From: Octopus bimaculoides | Taxonomy: Eukaryota | Direction: 5' to 3' | Length of the DNA stretch: 50,749 nt | Assembly (NCBI RefSeq): GCF_001194135.2 | Contig: NC_068986.1 | Span: forward strand, 110,282,913-110,333,661 | Shown: piece after piece, positions 12,401 through 26,849 of the stretch | Numbering within the stretch: position 1 is the first letter of the stretch | Layout of the letters: each line of letters begins with the position of its first letter | The notes under the pieces: generated by a model | Seen by the model: the letters and a program-made list of their open reading frames with translations, nothing else | Told to the model about the DNA's origin: nothing | Databases searched by the model: none | Position numbers and translations under genes: made by a program

Positions 12401-13145
12401 AAATACTATATACATTGGTAGGCCATTAAAGCAAAACGCACCGAATTGTTCATTTACAGAGTCATGTGACAGAGAAAAAGGGGAAGACTGAGAGAAAAAG
12501 GAAAAATTTTAAAAGATAGAAAAGCAAACAAATAAATTAAAGGGGGAAAAGGGAAAGTAAATTCACAGCGAAAATTCTCTTCTCAATACGTAGCAAAGAT
12601 GAGCAACCAAACACAAAAAAAAAACAAAGAACGCAAAAGTAAATTATTTGGCCCCACAACATTAGAAAGCTCCAGTGCAAAGAAAACAGAAATGTCTAAG
12701 AGAACACCACACCCTCCAACCACACGAACACTACTGCGACTCCATTTGACCCCAAATAAAAGCACACACACAATAGTCAACCACAGAATCTCCCTATTTC
12801 ATACTGACGAGGAGAGCCAACAAAAATTTGATGGCCCTTATAGCCGGAAATAAGGAAATTGAGAGAGGGGATGCAATATACGACAGTAGCACGCTTAAGG
12901 TCCGGAAAGTTTGCTGCTGGAACGGATGCCTTAAAGACCTACACAAACATTAAAGAGGCTTTTCCCAACGACGTGAGAAACCCTAATGTCAAGGCCACTT
13001 AGAGACTTTTGGAGAAAACCAACCAAACAAAACATCAAACTTTGCCAAAACAAAAATACATTCTTTGTCCAAAGGCATCCAGAAGAATAAGACATCAAAA
13101 TTATAACGAATCAAAAATTAGATCCTTTCCCATAAAAAAAAAACA

Positions 13146-13196
<51 letters not shown>

Positions 13197-14264
13197 TAAG
13201 ATATAGAACAGAAAATATAGAACAAGCAGTGAAAGATGAACCTTGCGATGTGAGACTGAAATTGAAAAACAGAACTACACACACCACGACAGAAATCGTA
13301 AAAAAGAAAGAAAAAAACTTGTTTATTTCTCTCTTCTTTTTTCTCTCTTCACTTATTTTACAAAAATTCAATATGATTGAACTTTCAATACTGTACATTT
13401 GGTATGATCTTCACCGAACATTTACATGTATATTACTATCTGTCTCTGTGAAACTCATTGAAATTTCTGTAAACATTTGGACATTTGATGGTTTAAACAT
13501 GTTTCTCTAATTTTTACCTTGCCATTCTAAACTCTGCTAAAACCTATTTTTTCATATATATTTGTACCATTGATAATAAAAAAATTGTCAAAACTAGTTT
13601 GGTATGTGAATAAATCTGTTTAAAAACTACACAGATTTCAGATTCAGGTGTATTTTCAGACCGCCTAATAAATTCTCTGATATATATATATTACACACAC
13701 ACACACATATATATATATATACATATTATATATAAATACATATATATATGAATGTATGTATTAGTTACACAATGTGCAAACGAAAATAGACTGTGTATTC
13801 CTTTATGTACGTCTGGATAAATGGGCAAAATTACATGGGAAAATAGCAGCCTCACTCCTAGGAAAAACACAAAAATATTACCACATACAAAATAAACAAA
13901 AGATGAAAAACTAATAAGTCTCATAAGAGGATGTGTTACATGATGAAAAATACCATTTATATACAACCATACGAGTAGTACGAACATTACTAGTGATATT
14001 TTAGCAATAATAACAGCTAGGCCAAAACAAGAGAAACGATGATATTTCCATTTATATAGCAAGCGAAATTGCAAAGTCTTTTTGAGAATGGCTATCTGTC
14101 CTGTGTAGACGATGCAACAGAAACACTCGGCATGAAAAAGCAAAACGGTGATTTGAGACCAGGTGGTCTTTCTTGTTTACAAAGTATAATGTGTGTATAT
14201 ACGAAGTATATACAAACATTACTCAAAAGTATATACACATATTACTCAAAAGTATATACACACA

Positions 14265-15080
14265 TTACTCAAAAGTAATCGGAAACATTCTCTGTGGGAC
14301 AAACCCGTTGTACTTCAAGCTTCCGCCGGTAGAAGCCACTTAATGTGATCCTCAGGCATTCTCCAATGGTCGTTTTAAGTCGTACTGCAACTTGGTGCCT
14401 CTCTGCGATGGCTGCAATGACTAGAGTGAAGGAATTAGTCAGCTTCCATGAAATTATGTTTTTTGCTAGGGTAAACGGTGGCTGAAGCAGTTGTTATGCT
14501 TCAAACAGCTTGCAGGGGCGCTACTATGAGCAAAACACAGGTTTGCGAGTGGTGTCCACGCTTTTGGAATGACTACTTGTCGATTGAAAACCAACCTTGC
14601 TCAGGATGAACGTCGACCTCCCAAACGAATGAAAACATCATGAAAGTTCATCAACTGATCTTGGAGGACCATCAACGAACAATTAATGAGCTTGTTGATA
14701 TGACTGGTATGTCCTGCAACTCCTGCCAACACATTTTAAGGAGCGAATTGCGAATGAAAAGAGTTGTAACAAAATTTGTGCCTCGTTTACCCACGGATGA
14801 TCAAAAGCTGTCATGACTTAATGCGTTGGAAGATGATCCGGAACTTTTTTTGGGAGGTCATCGCTGTTGACAGAAGTTGGTGCTACGGAATTTTCAGATG
14901 TGGAAGACGTGAAAAAATAAATAAAGAGCAAAAAACAACGGAAGCATTAAAAAGCATCACCTCGCAAGAGTTCCAGCACTGCTTCCAACAGTGGAAAACG
15001 CATCTAGACCGATGCATTGCTTCAAGTGGAGAATAATTTGAAGGCAATAATACTGTAAAATTCTGGTTTGTTATGGGTAA

Positions 15081-15087
<7 letters not shown>
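14265..15087 (+). mobile_element. mariner DNA transposon, internally deleted
   Basis: HTH region (MSKTQV.EW..RF....SIENQP.SG..STSQTNENI), KFVPRL, VIAVDRSWCYG fused to the C-terminus FQQWKTHLDRCIASSGE*FEG; right TIR ends GGGTAACCCTCGT; degenerate left TIR TTACTCAAAAGTAATCGGAA. Confidence 0.9.
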
Positions 15088-15137
<50 letters not shown>

Positions 15138-16520
15138 ATACTGAAAAGCGTAAGGTAAAATGTTCCATGTTTTTGCATATTGAAAAATAGTTTTTTGCAG
15201 GTGCTCCCAAGACAGAAGCTGGATGAGAAGCTATGTGGTAGGAGGGTCGAGATGCTTCCAATTCAATACGGCAAGGCCTGCAACATCGTCGTCCGGGCGT
15301 TTAGTGTCGAAGGCAGAAGGAGACAACCTGTGAGATACACTACCTCGTATTGTACCCCAGTACGAATACAAATGTGATGATAGACGCTGAAGTTCAATGA
15401 CATCAACTATACGGTCGACCCCTGTTTCGTAGTCAGAATAGTAATCAATGTACAGGCAATCAGAAGAGAAATGTAGCCGTTTGAGGTCAGGATATAAGTG
15501 AAAATACCAATTATCTTTGAAGAATGCAGAGCCATGACAGAGCTGAACAGGGTTGTTGGAGGGAAACAACGAAGGGGAGAGACTGTTTTTGTAGGTCAAA
15601 ATGACGAATTTGTTGTAAGAGCCACTCGCGAACTGTGATGCCCTAAAGTTTTCGAAAATCATGGAAGTTAATGTACAAGACAATAAAAGGCAACAAACCT
15701 AGAGCATCATCTGTCACAGTTCTTGAGTTTTTCTTCCAGAAGCATCAACAAATGAATTACCGACTGCAACTGTGTTATTGTACATAGACATCTCGCCAAC
15801 AGAGGTAAAAAATGCTAACCGCGACGCTGGAAGTGAACATGCTCATATATTTCATAGAGATAATAACACATTAGAAAATAAATATAACACCGAGTTAATG
15901 AATTAATAATTATATACATAGTTATAAACACAAGTAGTTTAATTTAAGAAACACAATAATGTAGCAAAATATTGAAATGGCTATAACAAAACCACGAACG
16001 GCAGCATTAACAATCCATTTTTTTTTCTTTTGCCTGAAGTTTTTATGTCTAATATTTCATTTTGAACGTTAGGCAAAATGAGACATATGACATAAAAAAA
16101 AACTTCAGGTAAAAGAAAAAGTGTATCATAATAGAGAGGGTCTCCGAGCCTGAGGAATTTAACGACAATATAAGGGTCTGCGAAATACAAGGGTTAATGT
16201 AAGTGCATTGAAAGAGATATTGGTCTTAAGTTTCGTTTTACCTGATTGGCAGAGTGCGCACAGGTAACAAATATCGATATAACTCCATTAGTTTTCAGTT
16301 AGCTCGAAAGTCACCTATTTTCAGCGATGTCTGGAAGGTTCTGCATGGAACTGCAACTCCGAATCACCTTCAAGCACCGATTCATTGCACATACACTTGC
16401 ACTGGAACAGACGAACACATACACACATTCGCACACAACTATGAGCATCACATTTAGATGCTCTTATTTGTGCTGAATGCCATTTCTCAAAAAGCCCACC
16501 ATCATGTTTATGCAAACAAA

Positions 16521-16551
<31 letters not shown>

Positions 16552-16606
16552 CATTATTATTATTATTATTATTATCATTATCGGTGTTGCTGCTGTTGTT
16601 GCTGCC

Positions 16607-16810
16607 AAGCCGGAGAGCTGGCAGAATTGCTTTTCGGAATTCCGTCCATCTTAACGTTCTGGGTTCAAATACTGCCGAGGTCGCCTTTACCTTTCATCCT
16701 TTCAGGGTTCCATAAAATGAAGACTAGTCGAGCACCGGGGGGGGGGGGTCAATATAATCGACTTATCCCCTCCCCCGAACTTGCTGGCCTTGTAGCACAA
16801 TTTGAAAACA
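16607..16810 (+). mobile_element. tRNA-derived SINE family B (Nin-like central domain)
   Basis: GGTTCAAAT B box, GCCGAGGTCG.CTTT.CCTTTCATCCTTTC.GGG, AATCGACTTA; followed by (ATT)n. Confidence 0.75.
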
Positions 16811-16819
16811 CTATTATTA

Positions 16820-16923
<104 letters not shown>

Positions 16924-17218
16924 GTTGTTTTTGTTTCTGTTGTTAAATAAATGTTAAAATTTAATCTGCGAATAAACGTTTATTGGTTGGAAAATAATAT
17001 TAAAATAAAAATAAAAAAGCGGTTTCGTGGTTGAAAATGTAAAATAAAGCCAAAAACAGTCTGTATGATTTATTGTTGAGGCTTTTGTGGTTGTCTCTAT
17101 AAAACCAGTCTTGTAGAACTCTATAGAATATTATCAGCCAAACAGTATTGACACTTGTCTCGAGATGCTTACATTCACAGAAAATATGTTGACTATTTCA
17201 AATGTAATTACAAGTGAG

Positions 17219-17252
<34 letters not shown>

Positions 17253-17664
17253 ACATAAACATATCCTCGCACACAGACACCTTCATACATATATACACAC
17301 AAAGAACAGTATATGTGTGTATATACGTATATTTTTGTTCATCTATATCTCTATACGTGCATGTATATGTATACTTACATACACACACACAAACACTCAC
17401 AAACACACTCACGCACACACACGCACACACTCACGCAAACACACATACGTATATGTATGTATATATGTATGTATATATGTATGTTTGTATAGCTTGACTT
17501 TATTATTCAATTCTCATATTTAAACTTTCTGCTTTATGCACACATTTATTCACCAAAACTCAAGCGAAATTCATACAAACACTTCAGGTTGAAAGCAAAC
17601 AGAATGCAACCTTAACAAACATAGAGGTACTGACTCACATACAACACACACACATACACGCTAG

Positions 17665-17715
<51 letters not shown>

Positions 17716-18463
17716 NNNNNNNNNNNNNNNNNNNNNNNNNNNNNNNNNNNNNNNNNNNNNNNNNNNNNNNNNNNNNNNNNNNNNNNNNNNNNNNNNNNNN
17801 NNNNNNNNNNNNNNNNNNNNNNNNNNNNNNNNNNNNNNNNNNNNNNNNNNNNNNNNNNNNNNNNNNNNNNNNNNNNNNNNNNNNNNNNNNNNNNNNNNNN
17901 NNNNNNNNNNNNNNNNNNNNNNNNNNNNNNNNNNNNNNNNNNNNNNNNNNNNNNNNNNNNNNNNNNNNNNNNNNNNNNNNNNNNNNNNNNNNNNNNNNNN
18001 NNNNNNNNNNNNNNNNNNNNNNNNNNNNNNNNNNNNNNNNNNNNNNNNNNNNNNNNNNNNNNNNNNNNNNNNNNNNNNNNNNNNNNNNNNNNNNNNNNNN
18101 NNNNNNNNNNNNNNNNNNNNNNNNNNNNNNNNNNNNNNNNNNNNNNNNNNNNNNNNNNNNNNNNNNNNNNNNNNNNNNNNNNNNNNNNNNNNNNNNNNNN
18201 NNNNNNNNNNNNNNNNNNNNNNNNNNNNNNNNNNNNNNNNNNNNNNNNNNNNNNNNNNNNNNNNNNNNNNNNNNNNNNNNNNNNNNNNNNNNNNNNNNNN
18301 NNNNNNNNNNNNNNNNNNNNNNNNNNNNNNNNNNNNNNNNNNNNNNNNNNNNNNNNNNNNNNNNNNNNNNNNNNNNNNNNNNNNNNNNNNNNNNNNNNNN
18401 NNNNNNNNNNNNNNNNNNNNNNNNNNNNNNNNNNNNNNNNNNNNNNNNNNNNNNNNNNNNNNN

Positions 18464-18552
<89 letters not shown>

Positions 18553-18885
18553 CACTTCGATATATGGCTTCAGGACGTCACCGACGGTGCAAATAACATG
18601 AAATACATACACAAACCAGTTAAATATGTAAACAACGAGAGAAAAAAAAAACAGGACAAGTAAACACAGAGAAAGGACCCTTCATCACTTGTTGTCTGCC
18701 TATGTACTCCTCATTTCGAGCATTCAACGACAATATGTGTTATCAAAGACAGTTGCTCCCATAAATTCTAAAATAAAATTTAGGATTAATGCTGGGTCAA
18801 ATTTGGGAACAAAAACATGACAGTGGAGACATACAAGGAAACCGAACGAGAGAGAGAGAGAAAAAAAGAGAGAAAAAGAGAGGGA

Positions 18886-18919
<34 letters not shown>

Positions 18920-19083
18920 AAGAGAGAAAGAAAGAGAGAGGCAGATACATATAGATATAATTGGATTTCGTAGAACAACCGAGATAAATAGAACTCATTA
19001 GACGGATATGAAGGTGTCTGTTAAATAAATCAAATGGCCATTAACATGAAGTCACTGTATTTAGTGTCATTTATATCCTGTAG

Positions 19084-20400
19084 TACTGACCTACCTTCCG
19101 GTTGCATGTAGACAGCCTCTACTACTAAACATAATTTTCTCTGAAAAAGCATTATCACTCTACCGCCAGACCTCATAAGACCGGAGAATGAATTTCCCTT
19201 GCAGTATAGTGAATGAGTTTGAATTCGAGTGTTGCAGAAAATCTTGTCTCTGTAATGCTTACCATCTGCATGTTTAGTGATCTGAGATCGTTGAGCAAGT
19301 CCAAGCTGAACCAAGACAACATCTATTTAAACATCCTACACTTACTGACCCCATGTCTATTGGAGTCTTCGAGTAGTGCGTTTGGTGTACCTTTTTCGGA
19401 AGGTTTGCCTTAAAAGTTCCTTAAAATTTCTTTGCATTTGTCTCAATTGAACTTTGTCTAAAAATCCCAGCCCTTGCTGCATAGTCTTCAAAAGTGTATA
19501 AAAAAATCGGTTGATGTTTTTGTAATAATCTGCTTTTAGGTTTTACAGTTGAAATTTATAAATCCTTCCCACTCTGCTGTTATTTTCCATTTATAATCTT
19601 TTATTACGAGATTTATCAACTCAGTAACGTTCTTAACTCTGACAACAAAAGTAACGAATTTTGGGATTTGTATGTCTATGCTTAATGTTGTTGCTGTTGT
19701 CCCTTTCATTGTTTTTGTTGTTGAACTTGTGTTTTCCAGTTGCTGTTCTGTGCATTGTATCAAATTAGGCTGTTGTTGTGATGATAGTCTTAGCGTTCCT
19801 TATTTGCTTTTGTTCTTGATTCTGTTTCGGTGTTTGAGCTAGGGGTAGACTGATTCTATGATATCTGTTGTTTCGACCTCGTTTCTGATAGCTTTAGCTA
19901 GGGCTTTAAGCTTTCCGCTGTGGGTCTTTCTACTGACACCTCACCACTCTCTGTGTTCTAGCCTTTTTTTCTTATTAATTTGCAGAAGATTCACAGGTGG
20001 TAAATAAAGGCAGGTTGCTGTGTCTATGTATGTATTGTTGGTCTTGTTGTCGCTGATGTTGTTGCTATTGTGAGTTAGGCAGTAAATGAGTTTTTTTTTG
20101 TCATGAGAGAGAAACGCTTCTGGGTTTGATGTTTCCACAAATATAACACCTAAACCTCCTGTATTCTACCTCTACTCTTCTTGGTTCTCATTCTTAATAT
20201 GAATGACTTCGTAAGTTTTTTTTTTTGGGGGGGGGGAGAACACCAGTAACTTTCCTTTTAATTCTGACCACATTTTTGTCGAAGGTTTTTCTCATTTGAA
20301 TGATCTCTTCGTAAAGCTTCAAGGACATTTAGGATTTTAGGTATTTCTCCTTAGTGACTCATTTTATTATTGAAATAAGGGATCGGATAATGTATTGGAT
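19084..20400 (-). mobile_element. Tx1/L1-type LINE 5' portion: decayed ORF1 plus the start of the ORF2 AP endonuclease
   Basis: ATG at 19354: MGSVSVGCLN...LLNDLRSLNMQMVSITETRFS...GGRVIMLFQRKL...QPEGRSV (APE N-terminus); upstream RRFRCYICG at about 20135-20160 is a broken zinc knuckle. Confidence 0.7.
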
Positions 20401-20419
20401 ACTTTATTTGCAGACTTTC

Positions 20420-20700
20420 AATCAAAAGTATTAACCATCTTCTCAGCGAATGCAGAAAACTAGCAGACAATTAGTTCAAACCGAGGCAAGGATGTTTTGG
20501 ATAAAATGTGTATTAAATATTAGCCAAGTTTTGGGATTCCAAATGACAGAAGAGAGGTATGAACACGTCTCAGAAGCTGTAAGGGTGGATTACAAGTCAG
20601 ACTTTTATGGAAATAAGACCAAAAAATATAAACATCTTGCATGGGATACAACAGAATGTGGCAATGGGAACAGATGCTCAGCTGTTATTCAGTTATATAA
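20420..20700 (+). mobile_element. R4/Dong remnant (zinc finger to RLE, internally deleted)
   Basis: SINHLLSECRKLA, YEHVSEAV, KTKKYKHLAW..(R)MW. Confidence 0.65.
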
Positions 20701-20955
20701 CTTACTTGGTTTTGTCATCACGGTGAAGGTCATATATTTTTAATTGTCCTTCATTGGAATTCAGTGTTACTGGGGTAGAATTGGGAAGGGTATATTACAT
20801 CAAATCTACACTATTAATTGTATGAAGCTTATCTTATCGGTTTATTGTTCTGTGCAGACGCTAAGTTACGCAGACGTAAACAAGTCACAATTAGTTATTA
20901 GTCAGTAAGTGAAAAAAAAATAAAAGTTACACAAGCATACATACAAGTCACACAC

Positions 20956-20995
<40 letters not shown>

Positions 20996-21035
20996 GTGCG
21001 TGTATATATGACAGAAGGAAGAACAAAAGAGAAAG

Positions 21036-21135
<100 letters not shown>

Positions 21136-21731
21136 TCGTCCTAGCAGCGCTTACCGAGAGGACGAGTCGCATTTTTAGAAATTTAATAAAACAGTAATTG
21201 TCTCTCTCACAGTGGATATACATTAAGTATGTTACACTGATAGCCATTTAAAATAAATACTGCTTTAGTTGCGTATACAGTATATATTCATACATACATA
21301 CATACATACACCCACACACACATTTATATTAATCGTTTGAAAATATATGTGTGTGTGTGTCTGTGTGTGTGTACGTACTGAGATATATCAAATTCACTTA
21401 TAAAGCATTCGACATCATGGAAATTGAACGAGGAACTACGTGGTTGGGAGAAGAAGAACATAGCCACAGCTTTGCTACTGCATGACAGTTATTTGAAAAG
21501 ATTATGTATACAAATAAATCACACAAATCTCATCTCGTACATACATATACAACTTACAGAAAATAGCTCTAAGAGGAACGAAAGAAATATTATGCGCAGT
21601 AATTTCACTGCAATGGGAAAAAAAGTTAATAGTCTGCACGCACCCGAAGCACAAAAAACTGCACACAGTTGTGCAGTAAAAGCATACTTCATATATATAT
21701 ATATATATATATATACGTATATATGCATATG

Positions 21732-21849
<118 letters not shown>

Positions 21850-22908
21850 NNNNNNNNNNNNNNNNNNNNNNNNNNNNNNNNNNNNNNNNNNNNNNNNNNN
21901 NNNNNNNNNNNNNNNNNNNNNNNNNNNNNNNNNNNNNNNNNNNNNNNNNNNNNNNNNNNNNNNNNNNNNNNNNNNNNNNNNNNNNNNNNNNNNNNNNNNN
22001 NNNNNNNNNNNNNNNNNNNNNNNNNNNNNNNNNNNNNNNNNNNNNNNNNNNNNNNNNNNNNNNNNNNNNNNNNNNNNNNNNNNNNNNNNNNNNNNNNNNN
22101 NNNNNNNNNNNNNNNNNNNNNNNNNNNNNNNNNNNNNNNNNNNNNNNNNNNNNNNNNNNNNNNNNNNNNNNNNNNNNNNNNNNNNNNNNNNNNNNNNNNN
22201 NNNNNNNNNNNNNNNNNNNNNNNNNNNNNNNNNNNNNNNNNNNNNNNNNNNNNNNNNNNNNNNNNNNNNNNNNNNNNNNNNNNNNNNNNNNNNNNNNNNN
22301 NNNNNNNNNNNNNNNNNNNNNNNNNNNNNNNNNNNNNNNNNNNNNNNNNNNNNNNNNNNNNNNNNNNNNNNNNNNNNNNNNNNNNNNNNNNNNNNNNNNN
22401 NNNNNNNNNNNNNNNNNNNNNNNNNNNNNNNNNNNNNNNNNNNNNNNNNNNNNNNNNNNNNNNNNNNNNNNNNNNNNNNNNNNNNNNNNNNNNNNNNNNN
22501 NNNNNNNNNNNNNNNNNNNNNNNNNNNNNNNNNNNNNNNNNNNNNNNNNNNNNNNNNNNNNNNNNNNNNNNNNNNNNNNNGATTCTTTTATATGCTGGAG
22601 CTATCATTGATTTTTTTTACTTCTTTTATTTCTTCTTCCGTCTCATCTATTCTTCAACTGTTTTCTAGAACAGAATATTAAGTTATTCACTTCACGCTTT
22701 TCTGGTATTTTCTAGACAATGCCAAAAAGAGAAAAAAAAAAAAAAACGTAAAAAGATAGAAAAAAATAAGGAGAGATAGAGAAATGTAATAAAGTACAAA
22801 TAATAAATAAAACGAAACAGAACAGAAAATCGACAACAAAACGACGAAAAGATGGAACAAGAAACAAATTGCTGCACACATATATACACCCATACATACA
22901 TACATACA

Positions 22909-22942
<34 letters not shown>

Positions 22943-23323
22943 CACACACATACATACATACATACATACATACATACATACGTACATATATATTTACATA
23001 TGTATCTTTGTGTGTTTGTGTATATGTACATGCACGGATATATATTATCAGTGTTTGTGTGGGTTTAGGTGGATACACACTCTCATACACACTTTGTATG
23101 TCTGTACACATATTCGTTTATACAAATATATGTATATACAAACTTGTGCCCCTATATATTCAAATTCACGTATTTGTGTGTGTGTGTGTGTGTGTGTGTG
23201 TATGCGTGTGCGTGTCTGTGAGTGTATGTATGTGTATGTGTCTCTGTCTGTGCATGTACATACACATGCACACATTCATACACACGCAAACACACACACA
23301 TATACAACCCCGCGCATACACAC

Positions 23324-23374
<51 letters not shown>

Positions 23375-23753
23375 ATTACGCATGTATATTCATATATGTT
23401 GAATAAACTAACAATTGGTGGCATCTCTTTTCGGTAAAATAAATAATATGAGGAGTAGAAATTCTCCATGCATCGATAAAGGAGTCAGAGAAGCAGAGAA
23501 GCGTGGTATTTGGCCATCTCTAAGTCAAAATTAGAGATCTTTCAAACTGTCTTTATATATCATTTCTGTTTGTCTATCAGTTACTCATTTGATAAATTTG
23601 CTTTTGTGTTTGTGTATTTGGGTGGTTTTCTAGTCTGAATACACAAATTAATCCCACTACCAACCACCTATAACTCTTCTCTCGCTGTCTCTCTCTTTCT
23701 CCCTTTTGCTCACTATGTATCTAAGTATTTATGTATCCATGTATGCATCAGTC

Positions 23754-23800
<47 letters not shown>

Positions 23801-23810
23801 NNNNNNNNNN

Positions 23811-23853
<43 letters not shown>

Positions 23854-23899
23854 AATCTATGTATGTATGGGTGTATCTATATATATATATACATACATT

Positions 23900-23930
<31 letters not shown>

Positions 23931-23989
23931 CATGTCTGTGTAAGCATATGTATATCTATCTATCTATCTATCTCTCTCTCTCTCTCTCT

Positions 23990-24024
<35 letters not shown>

Positions 24025-24739
24025 TATATATTTACATGTATATGTGTAGGTACATTGTATGAACGTATATTTTTGTACGTACACTTGTATATCTATGTGT
24101 GTATGTGCGTGTGATGTGTATATGTACAAGTAGGCGTATATGTATGTATGTATCGTCCGTAACAAAAACAAAACACGTCTAAGACTTTGTTAGTCACGAA
24201 CAAGCGGATTACTTTTTATGCACTTAGCACAACCCGAAGATTCGTTTACGCTCTGAGTTTGGTTATGAGAAATATATCAAATCTGAAAAGAACCGAAAAG
24301 AGAAAAACAACACAAAACGAAAAAAAAAAAAAGAAAAAAAACATACTCGCACATACGCACGTAAGAAAACCAAGTACAACAAGACTAACATTAAATATAC
24401 AGAATTTAGATTATTGTAGTAATGGAGCAGATACAGGTCGGAGAAGATGAGTCGAAAAAGAAGCCGAACAAGATGTGCAAAACTCTTGCCATGCAGACTC
24501 ATTCACGATTTCAATTTCCAATTGAACGGTTCTCTGAATTCACTTAAGTGTCACAGAATGTCCCGAGGGAAGAAACACCCATAAATCTGAAACATCTCAT
24601 TTTTATATTCTTGGTCAAAGCACTTGGCGTTATTTTAAAAACGTCCTAAGATAATTCTCTGACATTAAATCACATCGCATTATCTTGCTCAGCATTATTT
24701 TTGGACCGAAAATATCAGAAATGTTAGTCTTTCTAATTT

Positions 24740-24900
24740 TGGCACAAGGCCAGCCATGTTGAGTTGTGAGAAAAGTCGATTACGTCGACCGCAACGCTCA
24801 TATAGTACTAATTTTATCGAACCCAGAATTCTGACAGGCAAAGTCATTCACAGCGGAATTTGAACTCAGAACTTAAAGAACCGGGAAAATAACTTTAAGC
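24740..24900 (-). mobile_element. SINE family B, degenerate
   Basis: AAGTCGATTACGTCGACC, GGCAAAGTC, GAATTTGAACTCAGAAC. Confidence 0.7.
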
Positions 24901-24999
24901 AGCATTACACACTCACACATATATACACTCGTGCCCACATACGCACGCGCTTACCCACACTTACATATACACAAGTAAACAATATCCTCACATTGTCCT

Positions 25000-25225
25000 A
25001 CATTCTCGCGCACTCGAACTTTATCCAGGTCATTGTTGTCTTCCTTGCAACCCGCGTCTCCAACAACTTACTTCTTTCCAGTCATGTCAATATGTGCAAC
25101 CGTTAATCCGGCCAATTTTACTCTTCTCCATTTTTTCTCTCTCTCCACCTGTTTTCTCTCCTCATTCCTTTCTGTAGAAGAGCGTAGGATCGAAACGTGA
25201 AAGAACTTTTTCCATTTTTTCGGGA
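25000..25225 (+). mobile_element. PLE-type terminal repeat fragment
   Basis: Pyrimidine-rich UTR leading into the hammerhead-like motif shared with 28009 and 47546. Confidence 0.55.
25167..25204 (+). ncRNA. Minimal type I hammerhead-like motif, family A (probably inactive, GUG site)
   Basis: CTTT-CTGTAGA-A-GAGC-GTA-GGATC-GAAAC-GTG-AAAG. Confidence 0.5.
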
Positions 25226-25439
25226 AATCAATCAATGGCAGCTATTTGAGGACACAGTCATCTCCATATGCTCACAATTCATAAATAACAGTAGATGCCG
25301 GATCCCAAAGCAGAGAAAAGCGCTCATCAGGAGAATAAAATGAATAAACCGTAAAATCAATACTCTAAAACACCCACCATCAACAGCAACCCCAATCGAG
25401 AGCATTAACAACCTTGGTTTCAAAGAAGTAACTGCTGCT

Positions 25440-26785
25440 GGACTGTATGAAAACCCTCATAAACGACCAAAGAGCTGCAGTCGAAACCTTTCGTGATGGG
25501 AAGGACTATCTAACACAGCTCCTCCACCACTTTCATGGCAGTTTAAACGCACTAAGTGAGGGCTCCAGCATCGATGTCATATACTTTGATTTCAGAGAGT
25601 CGACTACAATATACTGTTAAGGAAGCTATCCAACACTGGAGTCGGTGGATAGCTACTCCATGTATTAGGTATTTCCTCACAAACAGGACCCATGATGTTG
25701 TGGTGGATGGCATCCACTGAAGACCAGCAAACGTCATCAGCGGAGTCCCGCAGGGTACTGTGCTAGGTCCACTTGTGTATTGTCTGTATCAATGACATTG
25801 CAGATTCCATTGAACATAGCACCATTAATTTATTTGCAGAAAGTCATTAAGGGAGCATAAGTTCAAGCGATTCATCAACTGGACCTATGCGCAGTAACCC
25901 AACAGGCACAAAAAAAGCAATATGGTGTTGAACGAAGAATAAGCTTATCGACTTTGGAAAAGAGGGCACCCTCAAACAACCATATACACAGCCGTCAGAA
26001 GATCTACATGAACTGACGTATAATATCAGAGACTTAGGTGTAACTGTCGTGAGCAAACTTTCCTGGAGTGTGCACATCAGCAAAATAGTCGATGTTGCCC
26101 GCAAAATGTTCTCATGGATATTCAGATCTTTGCAATCTAGGGATCATGAAACCATTATCCTTGTCTTCTCTACATTCGCTAGGCCCCATTTCCGATACTA
26201 CCGCCCATTGTAGTCCCCCTAAAACTAGCAAGACATAATGAGGATCGAAGCGCCACAAAGACCAATCACTAAAAAAATAAATGGTATGATGGGACTTGAT
26301 CATTGGCCCCGACTTAAACAGGTGAAACTATTCTTTGCAACGCCGCCGTGAGCGATATATTAGTTGCACCATGTGGAAACTATTTCACCAATATTATCCA
26401 AATGATATCGGTATTATGTTTACAGTTCACCTTAGACTATTCCCCCGTGCAATGCGTCCCTTACAAAGGTCGAGATCACATCACTTAAGAACATTGCGGC
26501 AAAATTTCTTCACTGCAAATGATCCGGCTCTTTTCAATGTTATCCCGAAATAAATTAAAGTAGAAAAAGACCCCAGAACTTTCAAACGGTACCTGGACAA
26601 ATTCGTCCCAGAAATACCGGATAAACCACCTGCACCTCGATACATCTCAACCAACAACAACTCTCTGCTTGAGTGGGACATGGTGTCCAGAAATAATTAA
26701 TAAAATATCATCCCCAAGTAGTGCTACTGACTTAGTCATGGCCTGGGCCGATAATGGCCGAAACAAATCTAAGTTATCTAAGTTA
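25440..26785 (+). mobile_element. CR1-clade LINE, 3' 1.3 kb, degenerate
   Basis: FRDGK.YLTQLL, IYFDF, GVPQGTVLGP, IRDLGV...LSWSVHI, LQRRRERY, FKRYLDKF..EIPDKP; terminus GGCC..GGCCGAAAC plus ATCTAAGTT x2. Confidence 0.9.
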
Positions 26786-26817
26786 TATATAAACATCACT
26801 ATATGTATGTATGTATG

Positions 26818-26849
<32 letters not shown>

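Noticed and set aside
13691-14143. 150-aa hydrophobic ORF resembling a membrane protein
   Set aside because: Same strand-bias artefact, ends in a microsatellite, no receptor motifs
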